Source of the DNA: Haplodiscus bocki
Lineage: Eukaryota
Direction of reading: 5' to 3'
Assembly: GCA_965655095.1 (NCBI GenBank)
Contig: OZ296649.1
Span: 78,616,001 to 78,680,000, forward strand
Length of the DNA stretch: 64,000 nt
Under the pieces are notes generated by a model. The model worked only from the letters and a program-made list of their open reading frames with translations, was not told the DNA's origin and did no database searches. Each line of letters opens with the position of its first letter. The stretch's first letter is position 1. This document shows positions 35,400 through 49,266 of the stretch, one piece after another. A program made the translations under genes and the position numbers.

Positions 35400-37950
35400 A
35401 CGGAAAATATATCAGAAAATTTCAAGCCGGTAGTTTTGAAGAAGTTTGATTTGAAGATCGACGAAATTTCAAAATCATAAGGAATGTTTCGCGTTTTCGG
35501 CCCTTAAAGATTCCAACCTTTTAAAAACAAAGAGGAGACTGTTCATTCTTAAAGTCAACTAAGAGCACAACACCGTCGTTTCAAGCCTCGACAAAAAAAA
35601 ACTCAAATATGTTGTTTTCGAAAAAAAACAAGATGGAACATCGAAATAAATCTATGCTAATAGGTCTTCATTTGAATTCCGTTGTAGAAAACAAATTTCA
35701 AGATAATTAGAAACAGATTGTTCACCCCAATTAAAAAAACTAACGAGCGACTCGTTGATGGAAAAACAAAGCAGGAAGATCAGAGAAGAAATTTGACTTT
35801 GATTATTCACGCATTTCCAGAATAAATGCAGTTTTTCGCATTACTGATCCATCACCTTTCCACTGCACAGAAAAAAACCAACAATTTTTACCGGAATGTT
35901 CCAAAAGAAGAAGAAGTGACTGCGAACTTGGAAGAAGAAATGAAGTCAGTTATTTTGGAAAAACCTGAGTTCAAAAATTGAGATTAGTCCAAATTACAAA
36001 CAATTCGGTTCAAGAGAATCCCATTACAGAAAAAAAAGAGTTTTTTCGAGCCAAAACTCGTTTATAAAAAGTATTTTCGACTGCGACCTTGGTGGAAGAA
36101 ATTAAACCTGTACAAAAATGAGTCTGAACCTTGAATTTCATCATTTACAAAAGCATTTGAGCTTTCTTAGACTATCAGGATTCCAATGCAACGAACACAT
36201 CAATTAAATTTTTTCACCGAAAAGTCGACCAAAAACAAACCTTGAAGCAACAAATTGGGGAGAAATGAGATTTGGAATGACAAAAATGTCAAAATTAACA
36301 GCAGCTTTTTTGCATCTTTGAACTACCCAGTCCAACGCAATCAACAATCGCCTTCCGCATCCAAATTTCTCATACAACTAAAAACTTGTTGATGGAGACC
36401 TTGATGCTTGGGGGAAGAAATCTAGTTTTGTAGAAACGGAGAAATATGAGTTTGGAGGTCGAGGTGTAACAGAATCTAAAATTTCGGCAAGTTTTGCAAT
36501 ACTAGGTTTCAAACGCAAAAACAAGGTGGATAATGGATCAAAAAAAACGCTTTCGCAAATAGCAAGCTATTAATTGAGATTTGACGGATGGAATCCAGCC
36601 AATGAAAATTGAGAAAAAAGATTTTCAAAAAAGAGAAGATTTAATAATAATAGCTCATTTTCCAATTTTGTTGAGACTATCAAAAACCAAGTTCAAGGAC
36701 CGAAAAAAATTGAAACGAATCCACCTCTACAAATATCAACCTTTCGATTCAGAGTTTGAGGGAACAAATCCGGCATGTAGCTTGTGAGAAGTTTAAGTTT
36801 GACGATCGGGATAAATCAATATTGTTAGCGTTCTTGGAAACTTCGGACTATCAAAAACTTGAGACGCCGAACAGAAACAGTGATTATCAAATGAAACATT
36901 CCTTTGCAAGTTTTGAGTTTTTGATTGAAGCCTTGATGGGAAGAATCAACACTGTGAAAACCCAGAAAAAAAGTGTTTGAATCTCGAGATGAATCAAAAT
37001 TAGCAACACATTTTTTGCAACGTTCGGACTATCAAAAATCCGATGGAACGATCAAGGAAAAAAATGCAATCGGAAAATCTTGTACAAGTGTACAGATTTT
37101 AGTTGGGGTCTACAAAGAAGGAATCGAACCTTTAGTTACGGAGAACAATGAGTTCGAATGTCGAAATACGTCAATAATAATGGCATTTTTTGGAATTTTC
37201 AGACTATCAAGATTTTGATGCAAGTGTCAAAGTTAATAGTTTTTCAATTGAATCCAACTCTACAAGTGTAAAACGGTCGATTGAGAGCTCAATAGAAAAA
37301 AATCAAGCCTGTATCTACGTAGAAATTTGAGCTTGAATTTGGAGTTAAAATATTTTCCATGGAATTTTTTGGAAGATTCGGACTATAAGGATTCTGATGC
37401 AAGATTCAAAGTAAAAAAAACCAATCAAATCTTCCGCTACAAGTGTGAAGTTTTCAACAGAGGTTTCAATGGACGAATTCAGACCAGTAGTTACCGAGAA
37501 ACTTCAGTTCGATTGTCGCCATGAATCAAATTTCGTACCAATTTTGTGGATTTTTCGGACGGTTAGGATTTCTGATGCGAGAACCAAATCCAACAGTTTT
37601 GCATGGGAATGGTTTGCCACTGGTTGAAAGCTTTCATTTGACGCCTTGATAAAAGAAATCGAGCAAGTAGTTATGGAGAAATAAAGTTTTTGAAAAGCGA
37701 GCTTTTTCAAAACTAATGGCAATTCTTTCGCATTACCGTTCGATCACATTTCTGACACAAGAGAGAAAACCAAAGATTTTTCCTCCGATTATCCTTGTAT
37801 AAGTAGAAGGATTTGGATAGAAACACGGATCAAAGAATTGAACACTGTATTTTTGGAGAAAAGCGAGTTGCAACTTCTGGGAATTTCAATTCTGTTTGCG
37901 CTTTTTGGTGTTTCATCAATGTGAGAATTCCAAAAAGCATATTCCAAAAG
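35400..37950 (+). repeat. Decayed ~177-bp tandem satellite-like array
   Basis: GACTATCA-type anchor recurs at ~36673, 36845, 37025, 37200, 37379 and 37556 (spacing 172-180 bp). Confidence 0.7.
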
Positions 37951-38294
37951 ACCTTTTTTTGAAATTTTGTCTTTTTTGATTCTGGAGAGACTAGGATAGT
38001 GAAAAAAACTGATTCCAAAAAACTGGAAAAAAAAGTTCAATTACTTACCTTTATATTTATAAAATTTAACAGACTTATGAATTTTTTGAACTTTTTCGGC
38101 TTTTCATGAAAATCAAAAAATTTCCTCATTTTTGGATGATATTCAGAAAGAAACTATTCATTTCATATTCGTCGCAAATCGGATAATTTCTTAGAAAAAA
38201 AGCCCACTTATCAAAAAACCTATATTTTGTCGAAAATTTTTTTGCTATTCAGAAATCAGAATGTGTTAACAAGTGTCTGAAAAGATGTAAGAAT

Positions 38295-38370
38295 TGCGGC
38301 CGGCAGCGGGATTTGAGCTCACCGCCTCTGGCTTCCCACCGCGGTGACACCCGACACATGTATTATACAA
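38295..38370 (-). repeat. tRNA-derived SINE-like remnant
   Basis: Minus strand GGTGAGCTCAAATCCCGCTGCCGGCCGCA is T-arm/B-box-like, but no full cloverleaf. A similar B-box remnant (GTTCGAGTCCC) lies at ~43825-43845. Confidence 0.35.
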
Positions 38371-39999
38371 GACACCAACGACTCTGCAAACTTGAACTCT
38401 GCGCTGTCATGGGCAGTTTCAGGAAAAGGAAGAAAACTCCGATTACTCAATTGAATATTTTCCTTTTGAATTTTTTTTCAACAAAAAATAATAAATTTCA
38501 CTCACAGCTAAATTTTATTGAAACTGCGGCGGGATGAATGCAGATTCAAGACAAAAACATCCAACCAATGGGGGCGTTGAGAAGTTTCAAGAATATTACT
38601 AGATCATAAACACACTTGTGCGGTACTCGCTTCTCACCCGGATTTTTATATTTTCCAATTCCCTCAGGGAGCTAGCTTATGAGCAAATTACCCCCTCACC
38701 GTGGTCTGTACCTGATGACCAGACCTCAAAATGGGCTGGTCTACCGAACATTGTGCGTAATTTCGAATGGCTTGGTCAAGCGAAGGTTGTAAATAGCGCA
38801 TATTTTGTGCTAATTAAATTCTTAAAACGTATCCCGTTTGAACTTGGTTTAAGACACAATAAATCTCCTTGAATATAAATGGCAGTGAAAAGATAGAATG
38901 CCCAATGTCTTCCAATCGAGTAGAGTGAATCTATTAAATTCCGCTTTAGTCCCATACTTTGTACACTGGCATACTCAATTCAATATTTTTTTCACCTGGC
39001 TGTATTAATTAATGAAAAAATGGTGTTTGCAAAAACTCAGTCATTGTATTTCAAACTTGTTTTCGTATGTTCTATTCTATATTACCAAATATTAATAAGT
39101 TATCTTTTCTCAAAACATGACATCATGTCATGCAAGGTAACCAGAAAGGTTTGCAGATTTCTCTACCTTGGCACTTTTTATTATATCATTTGCATGTTCT
39201 TTTGTCTTTCAGCACGACACTTTTCAATATTTATGAGCATCAACTGATTCAATTAAAAACCACATAACAAGTTCCAGCTGCATTAAAAATGGCATAGTTT
39301 TGTTGAAATTTTTGCTTCAGAACATGAGTAACGTGAAGTTAACCTTACGATGCTATTTTCTTTCCTTCGGTAGGTTTTCTCTCTTTCCCGAGTTGTCTGT
39401 TTACATGCACATAATATTCGCGTGTATACGTCTGATAATTTATGCAGTTCAAAAATTATCTACCTGAAGAACGTAGGAAGCTGGAATTGAGAAAAATGTT
39501 TCCCTTGTTGAAATATGGACGCAAAATAATTTCATAATGACAAAAAGTCTGAAGTTTTCATTTCATAGAAATATTTTTTGATTAACTTTGTCTTAAATTA
39601 GTTACAAGAGTCAGCAATTTGTTAAGATTACCCATGACTGCGAAAATTTGCAAAATGTAAACTTTGAAGAATTTCTATGAACTTTAACGTGAAATCACTT
39701 TTAATATATTGCTTAATCGTCAGAACAATAATTCGTCAGTGTTCAGGTAATTTGATGTTCCGTGTTTAATCCCCAGAACGACTTGGCTAACATTTATCCT
39801 GTTTTTGGCCACCCGAGAGACAACTTCCTAGGTTCAGCTCTGGGCCCAGCTCTGTCAGAGATAAAAAGTACTGAAAGACCTTTCTAAGAATGCTCTGGTC
39901 CACAGATGGAACTTAGCAAGTTATCTCAGGACCGGGACCGTAATACGAACTTAAAATGTTATCTTTCAACCTGGAAATAAAAATTTCAAATTTCACTGT

Positions 40000-42300
40000 C
40001 AATTTTTTTGAAATCAGCTTCTTAGCAACATCTGACGAAATTGGTGCTTTTTAAATCTGAGTAAAGTAAAAAGAAGCATTCAAACTCAGAAAATTGAATC
40101 AAATGTGATGTTATAAAAAAGGACATAACAAACAGGGAAAAGCGAAAATACTATTGGCAAACAAAATGAATCAAAAATTATGCTATAAACTGTAAGTTTC
40201 ATACTTTCGAACATTTTGAAATGCCGTTGCGCCAACATTTCGGTAAGATAAATACCTTTTCTCAATTTCAGTTCTTCGTTCTTCGAGGAAATGTTTTCAT
40301 GAATTGCTTTAATTAAAAGACGCTTACCTGAGAATGCCATGTGTTCATAGTACAATGACCTTAGGCAACTCAATAAGAGGCCCAGAGATGGAAATTTGTA
40401 AGAAAACTCTGTTACCACGGTCTCCATCTCTGTCTTACCAAAAATGATAGATATCATCTCTGGGAGGCATTCCGGGTATTATTATGGCTCCCATACTTTT
40501 TTTCTTAATAGTTTTCCAAAATTAAGCAAAATTTGCGTCCTCAAAAACAAAAGTCTCGCTTTATTTGATATTCGTACATCTGTTTTTTACCGTTTCGTGT
40601 ATGACGTGAATATCTGCCCCATGGTTTTTTTGTTTCATTGTGACAGAGGTTTCCAAATACAATTAAGTTGACGGTTTACAACAACTTATGATTCCTAAAA
40701 AATAAGCAGAACTTTTCATTTGATATTTTTTGAAAAAGTAGCCATAACTTAGAGCAACCGATATTTCAATTTTTCGGGTACTTTCGAATATTTTTATGCA
40801 AAATCTCAGAGGACAAGAAATTTTGACACTCTCGACCGCGTCAGCCGATATATCAATTGTTTAACAAAATTTTCCGTATTTTATCTACACTGCAAAATTT
40901 ACCCATTTGTACTGCAACAAGATCACTTGCGCCAATGAAAGCATTGCTTTATCAGAGAAAGTCGCATTTTTTAACAGCTTCTGAGACAGCTTCTGAGCTT
41001 TAATGGTTCTGTCACTTTTGGTCATAAACCTCGAGAAAGAAATTCATATGAGCTTCTATAACGGATGTTGTTTTAGTAAAAAGTTTGGTTTTTCGAAAAC
41101 TATTGTGTAACTTTGACAGACAGTGGTTTTGATGTTTTTTTTTTATATTTTTGCTGTTTTCCCACAAATTTCGAAGCAACTGAGAAGTTATTTATCAGCT
41201 TAACATTGGAGCTTTGTTTTGTGGAGGATATTGCTTCCTTTTGGAGCATTTATTTCCAAGTTTTAAGGATTTTAAGCTCCTGGCAGCTGAAAAGTTGGCA
41301 GGATAACGTTGAAATTTAAGTCTGCAAAAACTACTATAAATTTGCCGATAAACAGCGAACTATTACGACTCTCTGTCATAAGATTCATCAATTTCTCAAA
41401 AGAACTGAACCGTTCAGCGATTATCTTGCAGTTTTCTAGTAGAGTATCACCCTAAGTAATACAAATCAATCTACGATAATCGCCCGAAAAGACGAAATTC
41501 CTGGAAAATTTTCCAATATTATGCTCCCAAAGCAGTCTTCTTGGGCCCCAAAAACAATATTCAAAGTCTGTGCGGCTACCCTGGTAACCTTGCGGTAAAG
41601 CTGAGACTAAGAAGAGGAGGCCTGGTAAACATACAAGAAAATTGAAAAACTAAAGAATTGACAACTCATCCATTTTTGGGTCATTTTACGTACTCCAAGA
41701 CACACAGCCACAGAAAGTTGTCACTGAAGGATTCCGGACCTGCATACATAATTCTCATATAATCACAACATAATAGGTGACTTGAATAAACGGAAAGATC
41801 CGAATATCTAGAAAACTGAGCCAACTGGACTTTTTTTTTGAAGAAAAATTGCTCAAATGTGCTTGTTGCGGCTGCATAACAGTATTGTTTCGAAAAAAAC
41901 ATCCTAAAAAGCACACATACAGCCAGAATAAGAATTATTTTCAGTGGTTCTCCAGCTGAATACTTGAAAAACGTAAAAGTACTGTTGAAACAATACAAAT
42001 CGCCTCCTTGTTGACACATGTGATGTAAAAACTCGCCGAAACTAATTTTTCCGAAAAAGACCATCATCATCTACTGCTGTAGTGGACAATTAGCCATGGA
42101 TTTGAGAAACAGTACATTGCCACGTTAATTCAACGAGGAATTATCGAAAAATATCCTTTGCTAGCTGAAAAGTAATGGATATTGAATAGTTTTGGTGACA
42201 AATTTGTCGACGGAAAATTTTCACCTGGCCAAAATTTTTGCCATGGTCCTTTACAACTACGCCCATCTGGTTTTGGAAACGCTAAAAGATCCAGCAGAAG
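40000..42300 (-). mobile_element. Possible decayed hAT/ZMYM-type transposase
   Basis: KKVQLAQFSRYSDLSVYSSHLLCC resembles the TTF-type finger RxFQxxWFxxYPWLxYS. Nothing else diagnostic. Confidence 0.2.
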
Positions 42301-44234
42301 AACATCCACAACCGGCGTCGTAGTTGCTAATGATGCCTGCAACTGAGAGAAAAATGAAACATAGGCACCCTAAGGCGCGAGGAGGCTCGTCCTTAGCGCA
42401 GAATAAAATTATATTGTCAACAATGAAGCTTGAAGAACTTGTTCAGGGCAGTCACCTAAGTATTTTTATTATATTTGACTCGTTTTTAGCTGAACAGCAG
42501 ATTCGAAAGGCAGAAAACCGACGTTTCCATAAAAAAATCGCTAAGTTCATTTTATTTCTGGCTTACATAAAGCACGAAAAGTATCATTCTGGACAATTCT
42601 TTTTGAAATCTGATAAGTTTCATTAATTTGGTACTTTGTTGTCAATTAAACTAGACTGATAGTCACAAAGTTTAAATGAAGGGCAGAAGAAAAAAAGTTT
42701 CACACTTTCTCCAACTTTTGTTTTTTCCTGTCTCTAAGGTAATACAAAAGGACTTTTTCCAGTAGTACGCTTTTTCTCGAAAGAAATTTGCTTCAGATCG
42801 TCTTCTGTCTCGGCTCTTGATGCTGAAAGTTGTATTAGAAAGCAACAGCTCAAAAATTTGAAGGAACGCGAAAATAGACATGATTCGCCTGCTATCAAGT
42901 ATCAAAAACGCCTTTTCAGTCACTGAAAAACCTCCGAATAAACACTTTCAGTTTGAAAAAATTCTCTGTTCTGCTGAATTTGTGCTTTTCTACTGATTTT
43001 GTTGGCACATGTGACAAGAAAGTTGATATAGATAACAAGAACGCCAATATTCGGGAAAAATCACAGGTATACGCAGTTTGGCTTCCTTCAAAGCATCAAT
43101 AATGCATTTTTCAAACAGGTTTTTTGAATTCTTCAAAAATTTCAGCGAATGAAAAATTTTTTTCAACCAGAGCACGTTTGGCAATTAAAAAGATAATGGA
43201 AGGGTTATAAAAGTAAAATTTTCGACCTGTTCTTCCATTTTTCTTGTTTGACCGGTTTGAAAGAACGAAGTAGTATTCCACTAGGAAATTTTTGAAGCGT
43301 TCAGAAGAAAACAAGAAAACTAGGCAGACCTAACAGTTTCTTCTGAATTTTCATCAACGAATTTGATTTGAGAGACTCAAATGCGCAAACGCACAAAGAA
43401 ATTTAATATCATGTTTTTTTTCACCTCTCCAAAACACTTCAAAGGGCATTGTCTGTGAGTTTTCCGCGGAAATTTAGCAAAAAAAATAAGAATCCGGCAT
43501 TCGGAAAATTTGGTTACGCTTTCATAGCTGAGATGTCAAAAACAATTTCTCCCACTGAAAAATATACAATAAGATGCTTTCACGTTCCTACAAAAACTTA
43601 AAAATGGCTTTTTATCTGCAAATGCCTCGAACTTCCGTTCAGACCCAAGGAGAGAAGAAAGTTTGTCAATTTTGTTTGTGGCCAAATTTGCAGCCAGGAA
43701 GCTCGTTTGCCAGAAAAATTGGTAAAACAACGAACAACCTTGAACAACTGAACATGAAATTAAGACGCCCCGCTACCTCCGGGACTTTTTCAATCCCGTT
43801 TAAAATTAACAAAAATGTTCGATGCTTCCGGGACTCGAACTCACAAGTTTTGTACTCTCATTAATTCCTATGAAAAGCATTGCATTAACCTAAAAGCTAT
43901 CTAGCCGTTACCAATCGTCAATTTCAAAAATAGTATACTTTCTTTCTCGTGGTTGAAACCATCCCACGCTTTTTTGTGATTCGGATTCGAGTATTTGATG
44001 AGGCCATGCTGTTTATAGTAACAAATTCCCCGAACACTTTTGCTGCGGCCAATCACATAATCGATCCTTCTGTCACTCTGCACGTGCAATTCGCAGATCG
44101 TTTGTAAAAATAAGTTGAATGCTGAACGAATGCATATGCTTCCAAATGGAAAAGGAAAACAAAACAGCGGTTTTGAGAACTTTCCGCTAAACTTGTATTT
44201 TTAACTACTTTGGTGGCTACGTACTTGAACATTT

Positions 44235-44412
44235 GGATCTTTTCTGTTAACTCCCCCCCCCCACTGATTTAACTCCCCCCCCCCCCCCCCCACACCATAA
44301 TGGATATGCGAAATAATAAGCGGCGTAATGTTTTAACTCACGCGCGAGTGAATTTTAGCCAATCAGAGACGAGTTCGCTTCTACGTGGGGGGGGAGTTAA
44401 CAGAAAAGATCC
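44235..44412. mobile_element. 178-bp MITE with GG termini and 8-bp TSD (Merlin-like)
   Basis: TIR GGATCTTTTCTGTTAACTCCCCCCCC(C)AC and its exact complement. TSD GAACATTT at 44227-44234 and 44413-44420. Confidence 0.9.
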
Positions 44413-45669
44413 GAACATTTCGCGTTTCAAAGGCTCATTCTTGTGCGGAATAATCAACAACTTTACCGGGAGTTCTGAAGCTGACCGAAGATAATTTTAC
44501 TCAGCCAAGTCAATATATGGCCGGAAAAAACATAGAGGGTGAAGAGTTCCCATTTTAGCTCGAGAGTGAAGTCTCTGTAAAGAATGATGCTTGAAAGGGT
44601 CTTTCAGAGTAAAAACTCACGCATTTTTATCATACTTGATGCATTTGTAGCTGAAAAAGGTGATTTGAAAAGCAAATCTTCGAAGGTTTCGCAAAGGTCC
44701 TGAAAATAATTGGTCTCAATGACTCGAAATGGACCTTCTTCTTGCAAAATGCGAAACTAATCATGAACAGTTTAAAATGGTGTTCTTTCTCAAGATTTCT
44801 TGTTGCAATTGAAGCCGAAGAGCGTGATTAAAAAGCAAAAAAGGCAATCTTCTGGAAAGAAAAAGAAAGTTTTGATACCTGTTTTCTACTTTCGAAGAAA
44901 CTTAAGATTGAACAATTTTGAAAAACAGCCGTTTTACTATATTTATGCTTTTGTACCGTTTTAAGTTGCTTTGGGGGTAAAAAGTTGGTATGCAATAGTT
45001 GCGGGAAAATTACAAAAACAGTTTAGTTGACTTTAAAATTTCAAAAATGCCGCTTGCATTTCTGAGAAACGTCAAATTACAACTTTAGAAATTTGGGCTG
45101 CAATTTGTAACATTAAAGCTTCCGTATTGTTTTAGTTTTGCGGTACTATGGAAAACAAAAGTATGAAAATTCAGAGAAAATTACAAAAAAAATAGTTGTT
45201 TTTGGCTTGCTTCAGAAAAAGAAAAACGTGTTTTGGACAAGTGTTTCAAGTTTTGGTTTTTTTTCGAAAAAACTCCGGGACAAATGAAAACTTTCTCTCT
45301 CCACAGTTGAAAAAATCTTGAACGGCTGGAAAGGAAAAAAATTCCATAGTTTTCTTGCTAAAACTTCCCGAAAAAGTCAAAACTTTTAGTAAAAAAATCA
45401 ATGCAACTAAAACTTGTGACTTCAACTTTCGAGCAGCCCTGAAAAACTCTCCAAAAAACTATTCCAGAACAATGTGTTGAAGCACGATTTGCTTTCTAAA
45501 CTTGCAGCAGCATCAGATCGTTCAGATTAAATTTGCGGAAAGCAAAAATACTATCTGAAATACTATGAAAGGAAGTGTTTCCCAGAAGAAGGTTTGTGAC
45601 AAAAGATCAAAGTGAAAGTTTCAAAGAATTGACTAATACCGATTAGGGCAGTTTGGAAAGAAAGGATAA

Positions 45670-46477
45670 GTCAGACCATCTCTGTCCCCTCCATCGATGG
45701 GAACCGGTTGACCCAACTAGTCACGAATCTACAACATCTGACCAACTGCTTTTCAGATAAACACCTCCGATGACTGACACAAGTGAAAACATCCTTAGTG
45801 TTTCTTTCAAAAATTCGTTTTCTTGGAACAAAAATCAAAAATATCAATCTTGGCTCCTTCCACGAAACTTCTAAAAAGTGCAAAGTTATATGAGCAGTAG
45901 ATTGACCCAATCCGAGCAGTAATCGTTGGAAAAAGCACATGTAACGAACGACGCCTTCGAAAACATTATCCATTTTTCAAGCATCAAACTTGACTTTCTG
46001 CCATCAAAGTTGAAAAAGCATCCCAACTGTATTTCTGAAGTTTCAGTCATCGAATGGTTGACTGAACTTCGGACATACCATATCCGTCCAGTAGTGTTCG
46101 AGAACAAAAATCTTGACGGAAGGCACAACTAAAAACATGAAAACTTCTTCAACTTTATAAACATAAAGATATTCCGGGATAAAATGTGAAACTAAACTAA
46201 CAAACTGCTCACTTAAAATTCTGAACAAGAGGAGTTCAAAAAACATTGGGCGGACTCAATCCAAGCAGTGGTCTTCAAGAACAACTTCTTTAAAAAACGA
46301 CACAGATAAAATCAACTGCAAACTTATAAACACAAAGTCATGAAAATCCAATGGACATAAAAGTTGAAAATCGGACATCCTGGATACCCATCAGCAAGTG
46401 CAGTAGGCCAGTAGTTGAGTCAACACAAGCTCAACAGAGTCCAACGAATATGTTATGAAAAAAAAACGCTTTTATGG
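45670..46477 (-). pseudogene. Older Polinton polB relic (target of element 2)
   Basis: Minus-strand QLLAYCTC, SFFKEVVL...VRP and a DxFC-like segment occur in polB order. A possible continuation lies at ~55660-55950. Confidence 0.45.
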
Positions 46478-46739
46478 AATGATAGTAGCAAACGTCATTG
46501 TCGAGTGAGTGGTGGGGGAGTTTGGAGTCCCCTATGGTTCAAAATAGCCTACAACGAGAGGAATCTGACCCACGAACCCCATATAGGTATCCCGCTGCCG
46601 AAACACGTCGGTTTTTTTCGGCAACTAATACTCGAGTCTGATTGCCAGACGAAGTTTGAGGGTTTTTTGTGCAGGATTTTGATTGGTTCCGACAATTTTT
46701 TGGTTTGGAACAAAAACCAAGTGTGTTTGGCGACGCATT

Positions 46740-48720
46740 GAGATGGAAATTTTATTCGGCAGTGTACGAGTATAAGCTAAAAAGTTTTGCAATATATGAA
46801 GATACGGAGTGGTGTATTACGACTTGTTTGGGCACTCTGAGGATTTTTGGACAAAAAATTGGACTGCATCATCTTGCAGCCCCGTCTGCGCTGTTGATTG
46901 TGACGCCTATGGACAGTGGTACTTCTTGCCACATAAACATTACATTTCTGTGCATCTAAACTATTCTTTGAATAGACCAGCCTCTCGCTTGTCTTGTCTT
47001 TTTTTGGTTGTTGTCAAAACACGCCCATGTGGAGAAAATTCTGGCTGCATATGCAGAATAACTCTGCTCTCATTTCAGGTGGGATACAATCTTTCATATC
47101 CTACTCGGCAAAAACCAGGCAGACAGAACCTGTGTCCATTTCCAACTATTCGAACGTTTTTACGTCACAAGTTGCTGTGGAAAAACTTGCATAACAGTTC
47201 CAACGTCCGGATTTTTGCGACCTCCAGGATTAAAAAACCAAGAAATAGTGAGTTTTTGTTTTCAAACCGTACTTTGGCGAGTTGAACTTCACATTATCTA
47301 TTTTTCACTTAATCTAGTTTCTTGCACAGTTAACTTATTATGACAGCATGTGTCTTTTTGTGCTTTAGGTGTTTTGTCATATTGTGTCGGCCTCAATCCA
47401 TAACCTGACTGCCAAAAAAACTAGCAGCGTCATTGTCTCTGCAACAATACTTTATTTGGCCTTCTCGTCAACTTGTCTTTTGGCGTCTGATGCCTATTGT
47501 TCAAAACTGCTGAAACATTTTTTTTGAAGTATACTCAACGAATGATGAATTTTTTGTACAAACAAGACCCAGCTCCAGATAATTGAAAGGTGAAGTGTGA
47601 TCATTGTTCTGTTTTGTACCGTGAAGATAGAATTCAAATTTCCGAAGTTGTGATAACATTCCTTCTTTTTTGACGTTCGTTTTCAGTAGGTCACTTTGAT
47701 CATTCTGGCCATCGATTACTATAGTTATGGACAGATCTAAACATTTATGTTGTTCCGTGTTTCCTCTAGGAGTTTATTATTAGTATGTGAGCGTCTGTAC
47801 AGCAAGTTTTTTCGGATAAGTTGTTCAACATTAGTGTTTGTGTTTCACAGACTCCACCACTCGCAATTCCAGTTTTCAACAACATTGAAACTAAGTTCTT
47901 GTATACAGTTCCTTCTCAGCTCATCTAGTTCTCTGTTCTTACTGCCACACCATAGCTGTTTTTCAGCGAAACTTGAGCATTCTTTTCAACAAGGACAAAA
48001 AAGGTAAAAGTAACCTCTTACTTCAAACGCAGTGACACAAAAGGAACAAAATTCATCATAACCGAAGGAGTCAATTCTGCTCACTGCTTCTGGCAGAGAA
48101 GTTTTCAATTTTACAACCTGGCTTTATTCCATGAATTGAAACCATGATCCGGTTTTCAAAGCTGCAGGTCTTTTTGATGAGGTGTGAATCTGCTGAAGTT
48201 TGCGTTCTGATCCCAATGGGTGTGAAGTCTGGTCGGCACAGATTGGTAACTAGATATTGAGATTTTTTGGTTAGCATCAATTCCGCCAAAAATTTTGCAA
48301 GTGTTTGTTAATTTTCCATGAAAACTTCTATCAACAGTTGCTGTTCTTGTAGAAACTACAGATGGTCCACCAACAACATCTTATCAAGTTTTTCAGAGGG
48401 TCTTTTTCTCCTCCGTCAAAATATCAAAATAGGCGTCGCTGTATCTGTGTAGACAAAATCTGGCGAACTTCGCTAAAATCCAACCAAGCTCCAAGGTATC
48501 AACATTCTTCTATTGATAAAAGTCACTCAATGTTTGCATTGCCTCTGAAACTGGAACCACACTTTTTTTCTCACACAAGAGCCATCAGCTTTTAGTGAAC
48601 TCGTGTTCCAGCTTTCATATATTTTTTTTTGATAATGCGAGTTCTCGAAACCAGGGGGTGGAATCTTTGACAGTTTCAATTTGATGACTGCTTGTTTTGT
48701 GTTTTTCATTTTTTTAAGTC
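46740..48720 (-). pseudogene. polB: 3' half of pPolB of element 2
   Basis: QAVIKLKLSKIPPPG, GGPSVV...GGIDANQ (motif A), FCSFCVTAFE...FCPC (VSR-like) and LEMDTGS (motif C), colinear with 28490-30650. Confidence 0.8.
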
Positions 48721-49109
48721 ATAATAAAAGAAATAATCTAAAAATGATAAACAAAATCAATGTGTTCTGTTTCATAGAAATCACAGCTGAGAAGTTTGTT
48801 GTAGACAGTGTCTACGGGGGTTCCCTGCATTTTCCATTTTCTCGGTCTGATTGAACATATCGTAGAAGAAGGAATTTTTCCTCTAAGTTTTGTATGCTTT
48901 CAAGATGGAATCAATGAATCAAGACTTGTTGCCCTGCCGCGAAAATAAATTTTAACAAGAGATGAACTAGTTTGTTTTTTTTTGGGAACAGTGGTTCCAA
49001 AAATTTATCAATAACAGGTATGGGAAGCAAAAAGGATTTGATGGAAAAAGATCAAAATGGGCACTGTTGAAATTGATGAAGAGAAAGTTTTTGAAAAGAC
49101 GGTCCTAAC

Positions 49110-49266
49110 TGAACATAATTAAATGAGTCCGTTTTGTATCGAAAGAGCTCGGGTCTTTTATAATGAAATGAGTAGTGTTTGGTCCCAGTTTGACCGAACG
49201 CTACTCATTTTGTTAAAAAAGACCTAAACGTTTTCGAGACAAAACGACGCAGCCAGCTATTTTCAC
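49110..49266. repeat. Fold-back palindrome / small MITE inside element 2
   Basis: Arms CGTTTTGTATCGAAA...ATGAGTAGTGTTTGGTC and GACCGAACGCTACTCAT...TTTCGAGACAAAACG around a 7-nt loop. Confidence 0.75.

Noticed and set aside
36581-37627. Cluster of short ORFs with repeated SDYQK
   Set aside because: Products of the ~177-bp tandem repeat, with frequent stops and no consistent frame.
38295-38370. Functional tRNA gene
   Set aside because: Only a T-arm/B-box-like part is visible, with no complete cloverleaf.
46415-46741. Similar peptides at 46415-46741 (+) and 55340-55546 (-) as a duplicated gene
   Set aside because: They are translations of the two TIRs of element 2.
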